61,881 nucleotides of DNA. It comes from Rhodospirillaceae bacterium. GTDB lineage: Bacteria > Pseudomonadota > Alphaproteobacteria > Rhodospirillales > Rhodospirillaceae. Shown here one piece after another: positions 30,833-41,531 of this stretch. Numbering within the stretch: position 1 is the stretch's first letter; every line of letters starts with the position of its first letter. The translations under genes and the position numbers were made by a program. The notes beneath the pieces are model-generated. The model had not been told where the DNA came from, did no database searches, and saw only the letters and a list, made by a program, of their open reading frames with translations. The stretch covers positions 1 through 61,881 of the forward strand of contig JBAYSM010000001.1 in the NCBI GenBank assembly GCA_041676205.1, given 5' to 3'.

Positions 30833-33800
30833 ATGGCTTGGATGTGGCGCGTCTTGATTGGGGTGGCGGCCCTGATCGTGCTGATCGTTGCCGGTGTCGG
30901 GGTTGTGGTGGGAACCGCGCCGGGCAGTCGATGGGTGGTGGACCGCGCGCTTGAGGCGGCGGGGTCCGTGCGTGCGGCCTCCGTCGAAGGCACGCTGCTC
31001 GACCGCCTGACCCTGCACGGTGTCGAGGTCGCAGACAACGCCGGGACGTGGCTGACGGCCGACACCGTGACCGTGGACTGGCAACTTGCGCGGCTGCTGG
31101 GTGGGCGTCTGTGGATCGACCAACTGGTCGCCCGCGAGGTGCATGTCGCCCGCCCGCCCGAGCCTGGCGTCGAAACCTCGCAAGAGGGCGGCAGCGGGTT
31201 CGACCTTAGTCAACTTGAGCGCCTGACCCTGCGGCAGCTTGACCTGGATGGCGTCCATGTGGCCGAACCCGTGCTGGGCGCGCCGATCAATTTCCGCGCC
31301 GCCGGACTGGCCACCGGCACCGAGCAGGGCGGTATTGACGCGCAGCTTGAGGCCAGACGCCTCGATGCCCCCGGTGAGGCGCGCGTGGAAGTCCGTCACC
31401 GGCCGGGCGGCGTTCTCGGCGTCCATGTCGCGGCGTTTGAGCCAGAGGGTGGCGCCATCGCGCGGCTGCTGGATCTGCCCGGCCTGCCAGCGGTGCGCCT
31501 ATCCTTGAACGGCGAGGGTCCGGTCGGGCAGTGGCAAGGCGCGCTGCTGGCCGAGGCCGAAGATTTCGTCACGGTCGAGGCCGATCTGACCCTGTCCCTG
31601 GCCGCCGCGCGGACGGCGTCACTTGCCGGGACGGCCCGTCCCGGCCCGCTGATGCCGGGCGAAATCACCGCTGCGACTGGCGAGACGTTGGAATTCGCCG
31701 CCACGGTGCGCCAAGACTCCGGGTTTGCCGTCGAGAACCTGCGCCTGCGGGGCGCCGGGTGGACGCTTGGCGGAGCGGGAGGCGTCGATGAGGGGGCGCA
31801 GGTCGCCGGGCAGGCGGTGCTGGATATCACCGATGGGGCGGGATTTGCCTTGCTGATTGGCGTTCCGGTAGGGCAGGGCCGTCTGGAAACACGCGTTCAG
31901 GGGCCGCTGGATCGAATGGACGTCGCCCTGGACGCCTCGCTGGTCGGAACCGTCGTGCGCACTGCGGAGGTGCGCGCCCGTGCCGTGGTCGGCGGAGAGG
32001 TCACGCCGTTTTCCGCCGAAGGCCGGGTGGGGGGCGTCAGCGAGCTGGTCCCCGAGGCTGCTCCCCTGGTGGGCGAGGGCCTCGATTTCGCCGTCACCGG
32101 AACGGTGCGCCTGGAGGACAGCGAGATCGCCGTCGAGCGGCTGACCGTGCAGTCGCCGGTGATGGGGGCGGAGTACGTCGGCGCTATCGCCTTGGCGCCG
32201 CTTGGGGTTGCCGGTGGTCTGGAAGCGTCGATTACCGATCTGGCAGCCTTGGAACCTCTGACCGGGATAGCCCTGCGCGGCGTCGGCACCGTGGCGGCTG
32301 ATCTGCGGGCGGATCAGGAAACGATCGTGGGGGGACTCCGCATCCTCCTGCGCGACTTTGCCACCGGCATTGCCCAGGCCGATGCCCTGGTGGCGGGGCA
32401 AGTGGATGCCGCCTCCACCGTGCGGTGGCGGGGTGAGGAAATTATATTGTCGGACCTGCGTCTGCGGGCGCCGGGGGCCAGTCTCGATGCGTCGATGGCT
32501 ATGACCGGCTTTGAGGTGCTGGATGGAACGTTCGTTCTTGAGGCGTCCGACCTTGCCCGCCTTGACCTCGGCGTCGAGGGTGCGGCGCGGGCCGAGGGCC
32601 GTATTGGTGGGACTCTCGGGGCGCCGGAACTGACCGCCGCCGTGGGCGGAAAGGATGTGCGCGTGGCCGGCCTGGACGTCCGCCAGCCGTCGGCTGGGCT
32701 GCGTCTGACTGGGCAGCAGGTAGACCTGAGCGATGTGCGGGCGCGCATCGCCGGTGTGCAGGTCGCGGGACGGCTGGCGGTGCCATTCGACACGGCCCTT
32801 CTTGACGGTGCATTTTCCCTGGACCTCCAAGCGCCCGAGGAACTGGCAACCCTGACCGGCCAGCCAATCACCGGCCGTCTTGTGGGCGACGTGACCTTTG
32901 CCCCGATGCGCGGCACGCAGGGGCTTTCGGCGCGGCTGAACGGCGAGGCATTGGCCTTGCCCGAGGCAGGCGTGGCGCTGCGGAGCGTTCAGGCGCAGGC
33001 CGATCTGTCCGACCTGTTCGGTGCGCCGCGCGGGCGCATCGACGTGACGGCCGGCGAAGGCGGGGCAGGGACGGTGATGTGGCAGGATGCCCTGCTGCGG
33101 GCTGACCTGAGCGACGGTGCCGGAGCGTTTTCGGTTACGGTACGCGGCCCCCCGACCACCCCCTATACCGCCGAGGCCGGGGGACGCCTGACCATGGCCG
33201 AAGCCACGGCCATCCGCCTGAATACCCTGCGCGTGGCGAATCCCGACCATGCCGTGCGCATGACCGCTCCGACCACCCTGACCTTGACGGGGGGAGATAT
33301 CGACCTGGGGCCGACGCGACTTGACGTCGACGGTGGAACGCTGGCGGTGGAGGCCCGCCTGGCCGGGGGGGCGGTAGACCTGTCGGTGACGGGTCGGAAC
33401 CTGCCCATGACGGTGCTGGAACTCGCCGTGACAGATTACCCGGTTGAGGGTATGGCGGCGCTGGACGTGCGGCTGACCGGGCCGCTCAGGCGCCCGACCG
33501 GGCGGATCCAGCTCCGGACCTCGCCGCTGGCAATTCCCGAGGCCGGTGTCGAAGGGTTGGTGGTCGAAGTTGATGGCGACATCGCGGGCGGCCGATTAAG
33601 CGGGCAGGCCCGCCTGTCGGGGATAGCGCCTGAACCCGCCGTCATGACCGCCGATGTGCCGGTGGCTTTTTCGGACAGCGGCATCCCATCCATTCCCGAA
33701 ACGCAACCGTTGTCTGCCGCGATAGACTGGCACGGCCCTGTGCAGTCGGTTTGGGCGCTGGTGCCGCAGATCGGGCACCGCGTCGCCGGGCAGGCCGTGG

Positions 33801-35011
33801 TCCAGGCGCGCGTTACGGGCACCCTTGCCGCGCCTCAGTACTCCGGCGAAGCGGCGATGGTTGATGGGTCATACGAGAATTTCGAGTGGGGCACGGTCTT
33901 GCGCGACCTGCGCTTTACGGCGGGGCTTACTCCCAACGGGGACGTGTCGCTCCAGGCCTCGGCCACCGATGGCGGGTCAGGGCGGGTCACGCTCGACGGC
34001 ACCATCGACAACAGCCAGGCCGACATCAGTCTGGTGCGCGCCCGCGTTGCCCTGCAACAGGTCCAGGCGGTGCGTCGGGATGACCTTCAGGCGGGGGTCA
34101 GTGGGGAAGTCAGCTACGAGGGCACCTTCGACGAAGGCACGGTGCGCGGCGACCTGAGCACGGAAACGGTGCGCCTGACCCTGGGCGCGGCGCTGGGCGG
34201 GGGGATCCCTGAACTGGACGTGGTGGAGGTCAACTCCGCGGCCATTGGTGATCCCGAACGCGTCTCCGTGGCGGCCGAGGGCGGTGGGCCTGCGTTTGGC
34301 AGCGCCATCGCGCTGGATGTGCGGGTACGGATGCCGAACCGTATCTACGTGACGGGGCAGGGCCTGGATTCCGAATGGCAGGGCCAACTGACCCTCGGCG
34401 GCACGCTGGCCGAGGCGCGCATTGTCGGCGCTTTGCAGGTGGTGCGTGGTACCTTCGCGGCCCTCAATCGCTCGTTTGCTCTGGAAACCGGCACGGTCGA
34501 GTTTACTGGCGGCGAGGAGATCGACCCCACCGTTGCCGTCCGCGCCGTGCACAAGGCTGAGGAGATCACCGCCATCGTCGAAATCAGCGGCTTGGCGAGC
34601 GATCCGACCGTGGCGCTCGACTCGCGCCCATCGCTGCCCGAGGACGAGATCATTTCGCGGGTGCTGTTTGGGCGCGGCATGGGGGCGCTCGGTCCGGCCG
34701 AGGGGGTGGCCGTGGCTCAGATGGCGGCGCGCATGGCCGGCATCGGCGGCGGTGGGCCGGGCGTCCTGGAGCAGATGCGCGGCGCTTTGTCCCTCGACGT
34801 GCTTTCGGTGGGCGGCGGGGCCGATGGGCCGACCGTGGAAGCGGGTCGGTACGTGGGCGAAAACGTCTATGTCGGGGTCGAGCGCGGCGCGGGTACCGAC
34901 AGCACCTCGGTCGAGGTCGAGGTTGAACTGACCCCCAACGTGACCCTTGAGACGCGCGGCTCGGCCCGCAGCGGGGCCGATATCGGCGTACAGTGGAAAT
35001 TCGATTACTAG
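30833..35011 (+). CDS. tamB: Translocation and assembly module TamB
   Basis: N-terminal anchor, long beta-rich body, C-terminal PSLPEDEIISRVLFG...WKFDY (DUF490). Confidence 0.92.
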   Translation: MAWMWRVLIGVAALIVLIVAGVGVVVGTAPGSRWVVDRALEAAGSVRAASVEGTLLDRLTLHGVEVADNAGTWLTADTVTVDWQLARLLGGRLWIDQLVAREVHVARPPEPGVETSQEGGSGFDLSQLERLTLRQLDLDGVHVAEPVLGAPINFRAAGLATGTEQGGIDAQLEARRLDAPGEARVEVRHRPGGVLGVHVAAFEPEGGAIARLLDLPGLPAVRLSLNGEGPVGQWQGALLAEAEDFVTVEADLTLSLAAARTASLAGTARPGPLMPGEITAATGETLEFAATVRQDSGFAVENLRLRGAGWTLGGAGGVDEGAQVAGQAVLDITDGAGFALLIGVPVGQGRLETRVQGPLDRMDVALDASLVGTVVRTAEVRARAVVGGEVTPFSAEGRVGGVSELVPEAAPLVGEGLDFAVTGTVRLEDSEIAVERLTVQSPVMGAEYVGAIALAPLGVAGGLEASITDLAALEPLTGIALRGVGTVAADLRADQETIVGGLRILLRDFATGIAQADALVAGQVDAASTVRWRGEEIILSDLRLRAPGASLDASMAMTGFEVLDGTFVLEASDLARLDLGVEGAARAEGRIGGTLGAPELTAAVGGKDVRVAGLDVRQPSAGLRLTGQQVDLSDVRARIAGVQVAGRLAVPFDTALLDGAFSLDLQAPEELATLTGQPITGRLVGDVTFAPMRGTQGLSARLNGEALALPEAGVALRSVQAQADLSDLFGAPRGRIDVTAGEGGAGTVMWQDALLRADLSDGAGAFSVTVRGPPTTPYTAEAGGRLTMAEATAIRLNTLRVANPDHAVRMTAPTTLTLTGGDIDLGPTRLDVDGGTLAVEARLAGGAVDLSVTGRNLPMTVLELAVTDYPVEGMAALDVRLTGPLRRPTGRIQLRTSPLAIPEAGVEGLVVEVDGDIAGGRLSGQARLSGIAPEPAVMTADVPVAFSDSGIPSIPETQPLSAAIDWHGPVQSVWALVPQIGHRVAGQAVVQARVTGTLAAPQYSGEAAMVDGSYENFEWGTVLRDLRFTAGLTPNGDVSLQASATDGGSGRVTLDGTIDNSQADISLVRARVALQQVQAVRRDDLQAGVSGEVSYEGTFDEGTVRGDLSTETVRLTLGAALGGGIPELDVVEVNSAAIGDPERVSVAAEGGGPAFGSAIALDVRVRMPNRIYVTGQGLDSEWQGQLTLGGTLAEARIVGALQVVRGTFAALNRSFALETGTVEFTGGEEIDPTVAVRAVHKAEEITAIVEISGLASDPTVALDSRPSLPEDEIISRVLFGRGMGALGPAEGVAVAQMAARMAGIGGGGPGVLEQMRGALSLDVLSVGGGADGPTVEAGRYVGENVYVGVERGAGTDSTSVEVEVELTPNVTLETRGSARSGADIGVQWKFDY

Positions 35012-35086
35012 TGTTACGTCCTTCGTCTATCCTGAAACCTTCACAGTGCCGGTTTCGGGGCATGTTTCAGGACGGGGGTTGCGGGA

Positions 35087-36904
35087 ATGTCGTTGGATTG
35101 GCTGGGTATCGCGTCGGGCCTTTTGGGCGGCCTAGCCTTGTTTCTGTACGGACTGGACAAGGCCGCTGCCGCGCTGAAGGCCGTGGTGGGCGAGAAGATG
35201 CAGCCCATGCTGGCCTCGCTCACCCGAAATCGCTGGGCCGGGGCGGCGACCGGCGCAACGGTCACGGCGGTCATCAATTCATCGACGGTAACGACGGTGC
35301 TGGTGGTCGGCCTGATCAGTGCCGAGGTCATGACCCTTACCCAGGCCATCCCGATCATCTTTGGGGCCAACATCGGGTCCACGTTCACCGCTCAAATCAT
35401 AGCCTTTAAGTTCACAGCCATCGGGCTGCCGATGGTCGCCGCCGGCTTTGGCGCCATGCTGCTCGCCAAGCAGGATGCGGTGCGCCACTGGGGCGCCATG
35501 TTCATGGGCCTGGGGCTGGTGCTGTTCGGCATGACGCTGATGGGCGATTCCATGGCGCCCATGCGTGATTATCCGCCGTTCATCAACTTGATGCTCAGCC
35601 TGAGCAATCCGCTGCTTGGCATCCTGGTCGGGGCGCTGCTGACGGCAGTCATTCAGTCGTCGGCGGCCGCTACGGGCGTTGTCATCGTCATGGCCTCCCA
35701 GGGCCTGATAAGCCTGGATGCAGGCATCGCCGTGGTGTTTGGATCAAATATCGGAACCTGCAGCACTGCCTTGCTGGCAGCCATCGGGAAGTCGCGCGAC
35801 GCTGTGCGCGCCGCCCTTGTGCATGTGCTGTTCAACGTGTTCGGCGTGATCCTGTGGATGGCGTTCATCCCGCAGTTGGCCGATCTGGTGGTGCTGATTT
35901 CCCCGTCCTCCCCCGAATTGGTCGGCGCGGAGCGTCTGGCGGCCGAGGTGCCGCGTCAGGTCGCCAATGCTCACACCCTGTTCAACGTCATCAACACGTT
36001 CCTGTTCATCGGATTTGTCGATAGCATGGCGCGGCTGGTGGTGCGTCTTGTCCCCGATCGGCCGGTGGTCCTGCCGCCGGCCGCGCAGCCGCAGTATCTT
36101 GCCTTTGAGCTTATCTCCACCCCGTCGCTCGCGCTGGATGCCGTCCAGCGCGAAATCGAGCACATGGGTAAGTTGGTGGACGGCATGATGGCGGTCATCA
36201 TGCCCGCCGCGCTGAAAGGCACGCCGTCGGAGTTGTACCGCATCGCCGAGATGGACGCCGACGTGGATGCCCTCCATTCAGCCATCGTTGAGTATATGCG
36301 TCAGGTGGGGCGCGGTACGTTGTCCAAGCCTCAGTCCGAACGCTATGTACGGCTGATGGAGGTTGCCAACTCCCTGGAACAGGTCGGCGATATCATCGAG
36401 ACGGAGCTTGTCCAAACCGGACTGCGCCGCGTCGAGGGTGGTGTACAGGTCAGCGCGCCGACGCAGCAACTTCTGCTCGACCTCCACGAACGCGCCCGCG
36501 AGGGGCTGTCCATGGCGGTTGAAGCCGTGGTCGAGCATGACGTCGCAAAGGCTACACGCGTGGTGGCCATGAAATCCGGGATTGGTGCGCTGGCCCATCA
36601 GGCCGTCGAGCACGGCGCCAAGCGGCTTGTATCGGATGCGCCCAACCGAATGCGCGCCTACACTCGGGAGATGGAGGTCATCGAGAAGCTCCGGCGCGTT
36701 TACTATTTCTCAAAACGCATGGCGCAAACGGTCCTCGCCCCGCAGGATACGGACGGTGTGCCGCCTTCGGCACGCGTTGCGCATACCCCTGATCCGGATG
36801 GGGACCCGACTCCGCCGGCGGTTCCCGAACTCGCCCCCGACCCAGTGCTCGCAATGGCGCCGGACCATGTCATGTTGCCTGATGGCAGTCCTGACGGGCG
36901 GTAG
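35087..36904 (+). CDS. Na/Pi cotransporter family protein with PhoU domain
   Basis: INSSTVTT / IQSSAAAT repeats, GANIGST / GSNIGTC, helical PhoU-like C-terminus. Confidence 0.92.
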   Translation: MSLDWLGIASGLLGGLALFLYGLDKAAAALKAVVGEKMQPMLASLTRNRWAGAATGATVTAVINSSTVTTVLVVGLISAEVMTLTQAIPIIFGANIGSTFTAQIIAFKFTAIGLPMVAAGFGAMLLAKQDAVRHWGAMFMGLGLVLFGMTLMGDSMAPMRDYPPFINLMLSLSNPLLGILVGALLTAVIQSSAAATGVVIVMASQGLISLDAGIAVVFGSNIGTCSTALLAAIGKSRDAVRAALVHVLFNVFGVILWMAFIPQLADLVVLISPSSPELVGAERLAAEVPRQVANAHTLFNVINTFLFIGFVDSMARLVVRLVPDRPVVLPPAAQPQYLAFELISTPSLALDAVQREIEHMGKLVDGMMAVIMPAALKGTPSELYRIAEMDADVDALHSAIVEYMRQVGRGTLSKPQSERYVRLMEVANSLEQVGDIIETELVQTGLRRVEGGVQVSAPTQQLLLDLHERAREGLSMAVEAVVEHDVAKATRVVAMKSGIGALAHQAVEHGAKRLVSDAPNRMRAYTREMEVIEKLRRVYYFSKRMAQTVLAPQDTDGVPPSARVAHTPDPDGDPTPPAVPELAPDPVLAMAPDHVMLPDGSPDGR

Positions 36905-37052
36905 GCGGGTGGCCGATGCGGTGAACCAGGCAGCGCACTGGTGGCACCGCGCGGCTGTCCGGGGCGGTCATGCCTCGGTTGCAGCCGGGCCATGGTGCTG
37001 ACGCGCCCGCCGCAACCTTCCTGAAGGGGCGCGTCGGCCTGGCGCAATAGCC

Positions 37053-38330
37053 TTACTCCGCTGCTGCCTTGTCCCGCGTCGCGGCGGCGCCGGGCAGGCG
37101 GTGCCCGCGTTCGAATGCCGTGATGTAATCGCGTGTCATTGGCACCGTGGTATTGCGGCGTGCGATTTGGAGCTGGAACACCACCTGGTCGTCGTAGCGG
37201 AACACCGCCTCGCAGCCGGCCAGATAGAACTCCCACATGCGGCAGAACTTCTCGTCGTACAGCCTCATGGCGTCGGCGCGGCGGGCCATGAAGCGGCCGC
37301 GCCACGCGTGCAGGGTTTCGGCGTAGTGGTGGCGCAGGATCTCGACATCGGTGACGATGAGGCCCGAGCGCTCGATCGCGGCCATCAATTCCGAGAGGGC
37401 CGGAGTATAGCCGCCGGGGAAGATGTACTTGCGCAGCCAGGCGTTGGTTCCGCCGGGCGGGCTGGTGCGGCCGATGGTGTGCAGCACGAACACACCGTCT
37501 TCGGCCAGCAGGTCCAGCGCCTTGGCAAAGAACTCGTCGTAGTGATTGACGCCGACATGCTCGAACATGCCGACCGACACGATGCGGTCGAAGCGCCCCT
37601 GGTGGGTGCGGTAGTCGCGCAGGAAAAACTCCACTTGGCCCGATAGCCCTGCGGTGCGGGCGCGCTCGCGGGCGACGGCAAGCTGTTCGCGTGACAGCGT
37701 CACTCCCTCGACCCGGCAGCCGAAGGTGCGGGCCAGATACAGCGCGGTCCCGCCCCAACCCGATCCGATGTCGAGGACCCGGTGGCCGGAGGCCAGTAGG
37801 AGCTTGGCGGCGATGTGACGTTTTTTGGCCTCCTGCGCTTCCTCCAACGTTTCCTGGCCGGTGGCGTAATAAGCACAGGAGTACTGCCGGTCACTGTCGA
37901 GGAACAGGTCGTACAGCGCTCCCGACAGGTCATAGTGGTGGGCGACGTTGGCCTGGGCGCGGGCAAGGGGATTGTGTTGGTGGATCCACCGCAAGGTACG
38001 GTTCAACCACCACTGCGCCCGCAGTGCCCAGTGACTGTCCGGGTGCCGGCTCATGTTGTAGATGACCAGCCCCAGGAAGTCGTACAACGTCCCCTGTTCA
38101 ACGGTCAGGGTGCCGTCAGTAAACGCCTCGCCGGCTGCCATGTGGGTGCTGGTGAGCAACCGCCAGTGCAGTGCGGGATCGTGCAGGCGAATGGTGACGG
38201 AGGGAGGGATGCGCTCCGGTGGCAGGTCCGTGATCGGCAGCCCCATGAAACGGTGGTGCGAGCCGTGCGCGTCAATGACCGTCAGGTCGCCGTGGCGGAT
38301 TAACTTTTCCAGCAACCGGGACAACAGCAT
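37053..38330 (-). CDS. cfa: Cyclopropane-fatty-acyl-phospholipid synthase family SAM methyltransferase
   Basis: NVAHHYDL, QYSCAY, LDIGSGWGG, SVGMFEHVG, KYIFPGG and RMWEFYL motifs. Confidence 0.92.
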   Translation of the reverse strand: MLLSRLLEKLIRHGDLTVIDAHGSHHRFMGLPITDLPPERIPPSVTIRLHDPALHWRLLTSTHMAAGEAFTDGTLTVEQGTLYDFLGLVIYNMSRHPDSHWALRAQWWLNRTLRWIHQHNPLARAQANVAHHYDLSGALYDLFLDSDRQYSCAYYATGQETLEEAQEAKKRHIAAKLLLASGHRVLDIGSGWGGTALYLARTFGCRVEGVTLSREQLAVARERARTAGLSGQVEFFLRDYRTHQGRFDRIVSVGMFEHVGVNHYDEFFAKALDLLAEDGVFVLHTIGRTSPPGGTNAWLRKYIFPGGYTPALSELMAAIERSGLIVTDVEILRHHYAETLHAWRGRFMARRADAMRLYDEKFCRMWEFYLAGCEAVFRYDDQVVFQLQIARRNTTVPMTRDYITAFERGHRLPGAAATRDKAAAE

Positions 38331-38419
38331 GCGCGCTCCTCCCTATTCCGTTGTGTCGTGGTCCCTCCCTTGAGCGTCAATACCCGCCGGTTACGAATGG
38401 TTCCCAATCAACCTACTGA

Positions 38420-39229
38420 TTAGCACCCGCGCCACTGCGCCGGGCGCTTTTGAAGGAAGGCGTCAATGCCTTCACTGGCGTCCTGCGCCGCCATGTTTCG
38501 AGTCATGACCTCGCTGGCGTAGACGTAGGCGGCCTCAAGCGGCATTTCGACTTGCCGGTAAAAGGCTTCCTTGCCGAGCGCCAGGGTCAGGGGTGATTTA
38601 GAGGCGATCAAGGTCGCCATATCGGCCACGGCGGCATCGAGGTCGGCGGCGGGGACAGCGTGGTTGATCAGTCCGGCGGCCTCGGCCTCCGCAGCGGAAA
38701 TCGGGCGGCCCGACAGCAGCATCTCCATGGCCTTCTTGCGACCCACCGCGCGGCTGAGAGCCACCATCGGGGTCGAACAGAACAGGCCGATGTTGACGCC
38801 CGGCGTGGCAAACTTCGCCTCATCGGCCGCATAGGCCAGATCGCAACTGGCGACAAGCTGGCACCCTGCGGCGGTCGCCATGGCGTGAACCTTGGCGATC
38901 ACCGGCTTGGGCAGGTGGACCACGGTGGTCATCAGTTTTGAGCACTGATCGAACAGCGGGCGGTGCTGCTCGCGCGGCAGGCCACGCACTTCCTTGAGGT
39001 CATGACCGGCGCAGAAGGCCGGGCCGTTGGCGGCAATCACCACCACCTTCACCGAATCATCCTGCGCAATGAGGTCCAGAGATTGCTGGAGGGCAGCCAT
39101 CAATGCCACGGATAAAGCATTGCGTGCCGCAGGTCGGTTCAATGTCAGCGTGCACACGCCATCCGCATCATCACGCAGTAGAATCGGGGCGTCCCGATCG
39201 AGAGAAGGGCTGTGGGACATGATGGACAC
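38420..39229 (-). CDS. Enoyl-CoA hydratase/isomerase family protein
   Basis: AFCAGHDLKE, ATAAGCQLVASCD and TPGVNIGLFCSTP motifs. Confidence 0.93.
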   Translation of the reverse strand: MSIMSHSPSLDRDAPILLRDDADGVCTLTLNRPAARNALSVALMAALQQSLDLIAQDDSVKVVVIAANGPAFCAGHDLKEVRGLPREQHRPLFDQCSKLMTTVVHLPKPVIAKVHAMATAAGCQLVASCDLAYAADEAKFATPGVNIGLFCSTPMVALSRAVGRKKAMEMLLSGRPISAAEAEAAGLINHAVPAADLDAAVADMATLIASKSPLTLALGKEAFYRQVEMPLEAAYVYASEVMTRNMAAQDASEGIDAFLQKRPAQWRGC

Positions 39230-39292
39230 GGCTCCATGAATTGTTTTAGGTTTGAAGCGACATCATACCGACATGGGGCCGGGGTTCAAAGC

Positions 39293-39712
39293 ATGACCAA
39301 GATCACTATTCCCGAAATTCAGGAAATTCTTGATGCCGAATTGCCTCTGGTCAACATCCTGGGTTGTGCGGTGGAGGATGTCGGCGCGGGCCGCTGCACG
39401 GTGCGCATGGCGTTCAAGCCTGAACTCATCCGGCCGGGCGGCACCATCGCAGGTCCGGCGACCATGGCCCTGGCGGATCTGGCGATGTATGTGGTGGTCC
39501 TCAGCCTGATCGGCCGGGTGGAACTGGCGGTGACTACCAACCTTAACATCAACTTCCTGCGCAAGCCCGGCCCGGCCGACATGATCGCGCAAGGGCGAAT
39601 CCTCAAGCGTGGCAAGCGCCTCGCCGTGGTCGAGGTGGAGCTGTACTCGGACGGCGCGCCCGACGACATGGTCGCCCACGTCACCGGGACCTACAGCATT
39701 CCGCCGGTCTAG
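39293..39712 (+). CDS. PaaI family thioesterase
   Basis: RPGGTIAGP..MALAD, VTTNLNINFLRK and TYSIPP motifs. Confidence 0.92.
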   Translation: MTKITIPEIQEILDAELPLVNILGCAVEDVGAGRCTVRMAFKPELIRPGGTIAGPATMALADLAMYVVVLSLIGRVELAVTTNLNINFLRKPGPADMIAQGRILKRGKRLAVVEVELYSDGAPDDMVAHVTGTYSIPPV

Positions 39713-39713
39713 C

Positions 39714-39932
39714 TCAGGCGTCGTCGGAGCTTTCGCGCACGTGGAAGCGGTCGGGGGAGTCGGCCAGCATTTGGACCGCAACGTTGCCGTTGGCGGTGTG
39801 CAGCACCAGTTCGCAGGCCCACTGGTTTTCGTCCAGCTTGGTCGGGTTCGCCATGGAGATCGCCTGAACGTCCTCCACGTCCATGCTGATCGAGTGGTTG
39901 CTGTTGAACGAAATGGCGGCAACCGTCTTCAT
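39714..39932 (-). CDS. Small hypothetical protein (72 aa)
   Basis: AAGGGGGA RBS, GC3-rich codons, alternating beta-strand pattern. Confidence 0.65.
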   Translation of the reverse strand: MKTVAAISFNSNHSISMDVEDVQAISMANPTKLDENQWACELVLHTANGNVAVQMLADSPDRFHVRESSDDA

Positions 39933-39998
39933 GGCATGGTCCCCCTTCGGCAAACCCCGTGACTCCGGCGGTCAGGCTGCCTGCCACGGGGCCGGGCG

Positions 39999-41303
39999 TC
40001 AAGGTTGGACGGGGGGGTAAGCCGCGAATACCTCACGCGCGCGCTGTGCAAGGCCCGTGGCGACGGAGATGAACTCGCCGCCGGAGCTGATCCGCTCCTC
40101 GCCGAAGCGGCGCGTAAAGATCGCCCGCACCGCAGGCACCAGCGACGAGCCGCCGGTCAGGAATACCCGGTCCACCTTGGCGGTTGAAGTAGCGGTCGTT
40201 GCCAGCAGGCCATCGACGCAGCTCTCGATATCCTCCAATTCCTTGCCGATCCAGCCGTTAAACTCGGCGCGGGTGATGCGACGCTCGGCCGTCACCGGAT
40301 CGTGGTCGAACCGGAATACGGTTTCATCGGCCCGTGACAGGTCCAGCTTGGCCTGCTCCACCGCCCGGTACAGGTGATAGCCGAGGTTATGTTCGATTAG
40401 TGCCAGCAGTTGCCCGATCTGGTCGGGGTGGGCGACCTGACGGTGCAACTCGTGGAGCAGCCGCAAGGTCCGGGGCGTGTTCAGAAACGAGATGTGGTGC
40501 CAGCGTTCCAGCTTGGAATACACCCACCCCGGCATGGGCAGCGTCGCGCCGTCGGCCTCGTAGGTGGTGCTTTTTCCGAAATGGTCGGACAGGCCGTGTT
40601 CAACGATGCGGCGGTCGAAGGCATCGCCGGCGATGCCGACGCCGGCCGTGCCGATGATGGCATCCTCGGGCCGCCCCAGACGGCCGCGGCCCGGCCCTAG
40701 GCGAACCAAGCAAAAGTCACTGGTGCCGCCCCCGAAGTCGGCCACAAGAACGGTCTGGTCTTCGGTCAGCGTGCGCTCATAGTAATAGGCGGCGGCGATG
40801 GGTTCGTATTCGAACACCACGTCATTGATGCCTGCTTTGCCGAAGGCCTCGACCAGACGGCTGGTCGCGAAGTCATCCTCGATGTCGCCTCCCTCGGCCA
40901 CGAAGCGCACCGGCCGTCCGGCCACGACGCGGGTGACGGGGGTGCCAGTGGCTTCGGCGGCGTGGCGCAGGTGGTCAACGATCAGCGCGACCAGGGCCTC
41001 AAGCGTGTAGTTGGCGCCAAAGATCGTGGTGCCGGTGAATGATCGGCTGGTCAGGTAGGACTTGAACGATTGCAGGAACCGGCACTCGCCGTCGCCACTG
41101 AGATAGGCGTCGATCGCCTGATGCCCCACCATCGGCAGGATGCGCCGGTCGGCGCCCCGATGCGCCGCGTCAAAGGCAAGAACCGACCGCAGCGTCGACG
41201 CCGGACCGCCTGAGGCCGCAAACGTCACCACCTTGGCCTCGCGGTCCGGCCCCGCTACCGCGACGGCGCTGTTGGTCGTCCCAAAATCCATTCCGACGAA
41301 CAT
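39999..41303 (-). CDS. yegD: Hsp70-like protein, YegD type (ATPase domain only)
   Basis: GMDFGTTNS, YEPIAAA, ADFGGGTSDF and FLTGGSS motifs; no substrate-binding domain. Confidence 0.88.
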   Translation of the reverse strand: MFVGMDFGTTNSAVAVAGPDREAKVVTFAASGGPASTLRSVLAFDAAHRGADRRILPMVGHQAIDAYLSGDGECRFLQSFKSYLTSRSFTGTTIFGANYTLEALVALIVDHLRHAAEATGTPVTRVVAGRPVRFVAEGGDIEDDFATSRLVEAFGKAGINDVVFEYEPIAAAYYYERTLTEDQTVLVADFGGGTSDFCLVRLGPGRGRLGRPEDAIIGTAGVGIAGDAFDRRIVEHGLSDHFGKSTTYEADGATLPMPGWVYSKLERWHHISFLNTPRTLRLLHELHRQVAHPDQIGQLLALIEHNLGYHLYRAVEQAKLDLSRADETVFRFDHDPVTAERRITRAEFNGWIGKELEDIESCVDGLLATTATSTAKVDRVFLTGGSSLVPAVRAIFTRRFGEERISSGGEFISVATGLAQRAREVFAAYPPVQP

Positions 41304-41531
41304 CGATCATTCCTGACTGGTTGAGGTGCCCCCCGAAACGGCCGGTCTTTGTATCGGCAGTGCGGCAATGGATCAACGTCAACCAAAAATTAGCCAATTG
41401 TACTGATCATAGGTGCTATGTCGGTACCTTTAGGCTTATATAAAAAGGACTTTTGGCCGCCGCACGGTTGCCCGCGCGCCATCAATTTCCGCCGACGCCC
41501 TTGCGTGCGGCCTTGTGAGGATCTCAAGACG

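Noticed and set aside
35032-35069. TGAAAC...GTTTCA inverted repeat upstream of the Na/Pi transporter as a Pho box
   Set aside because: Pho boxes are direct repeats (CTGTCAT-N4); this does not match.
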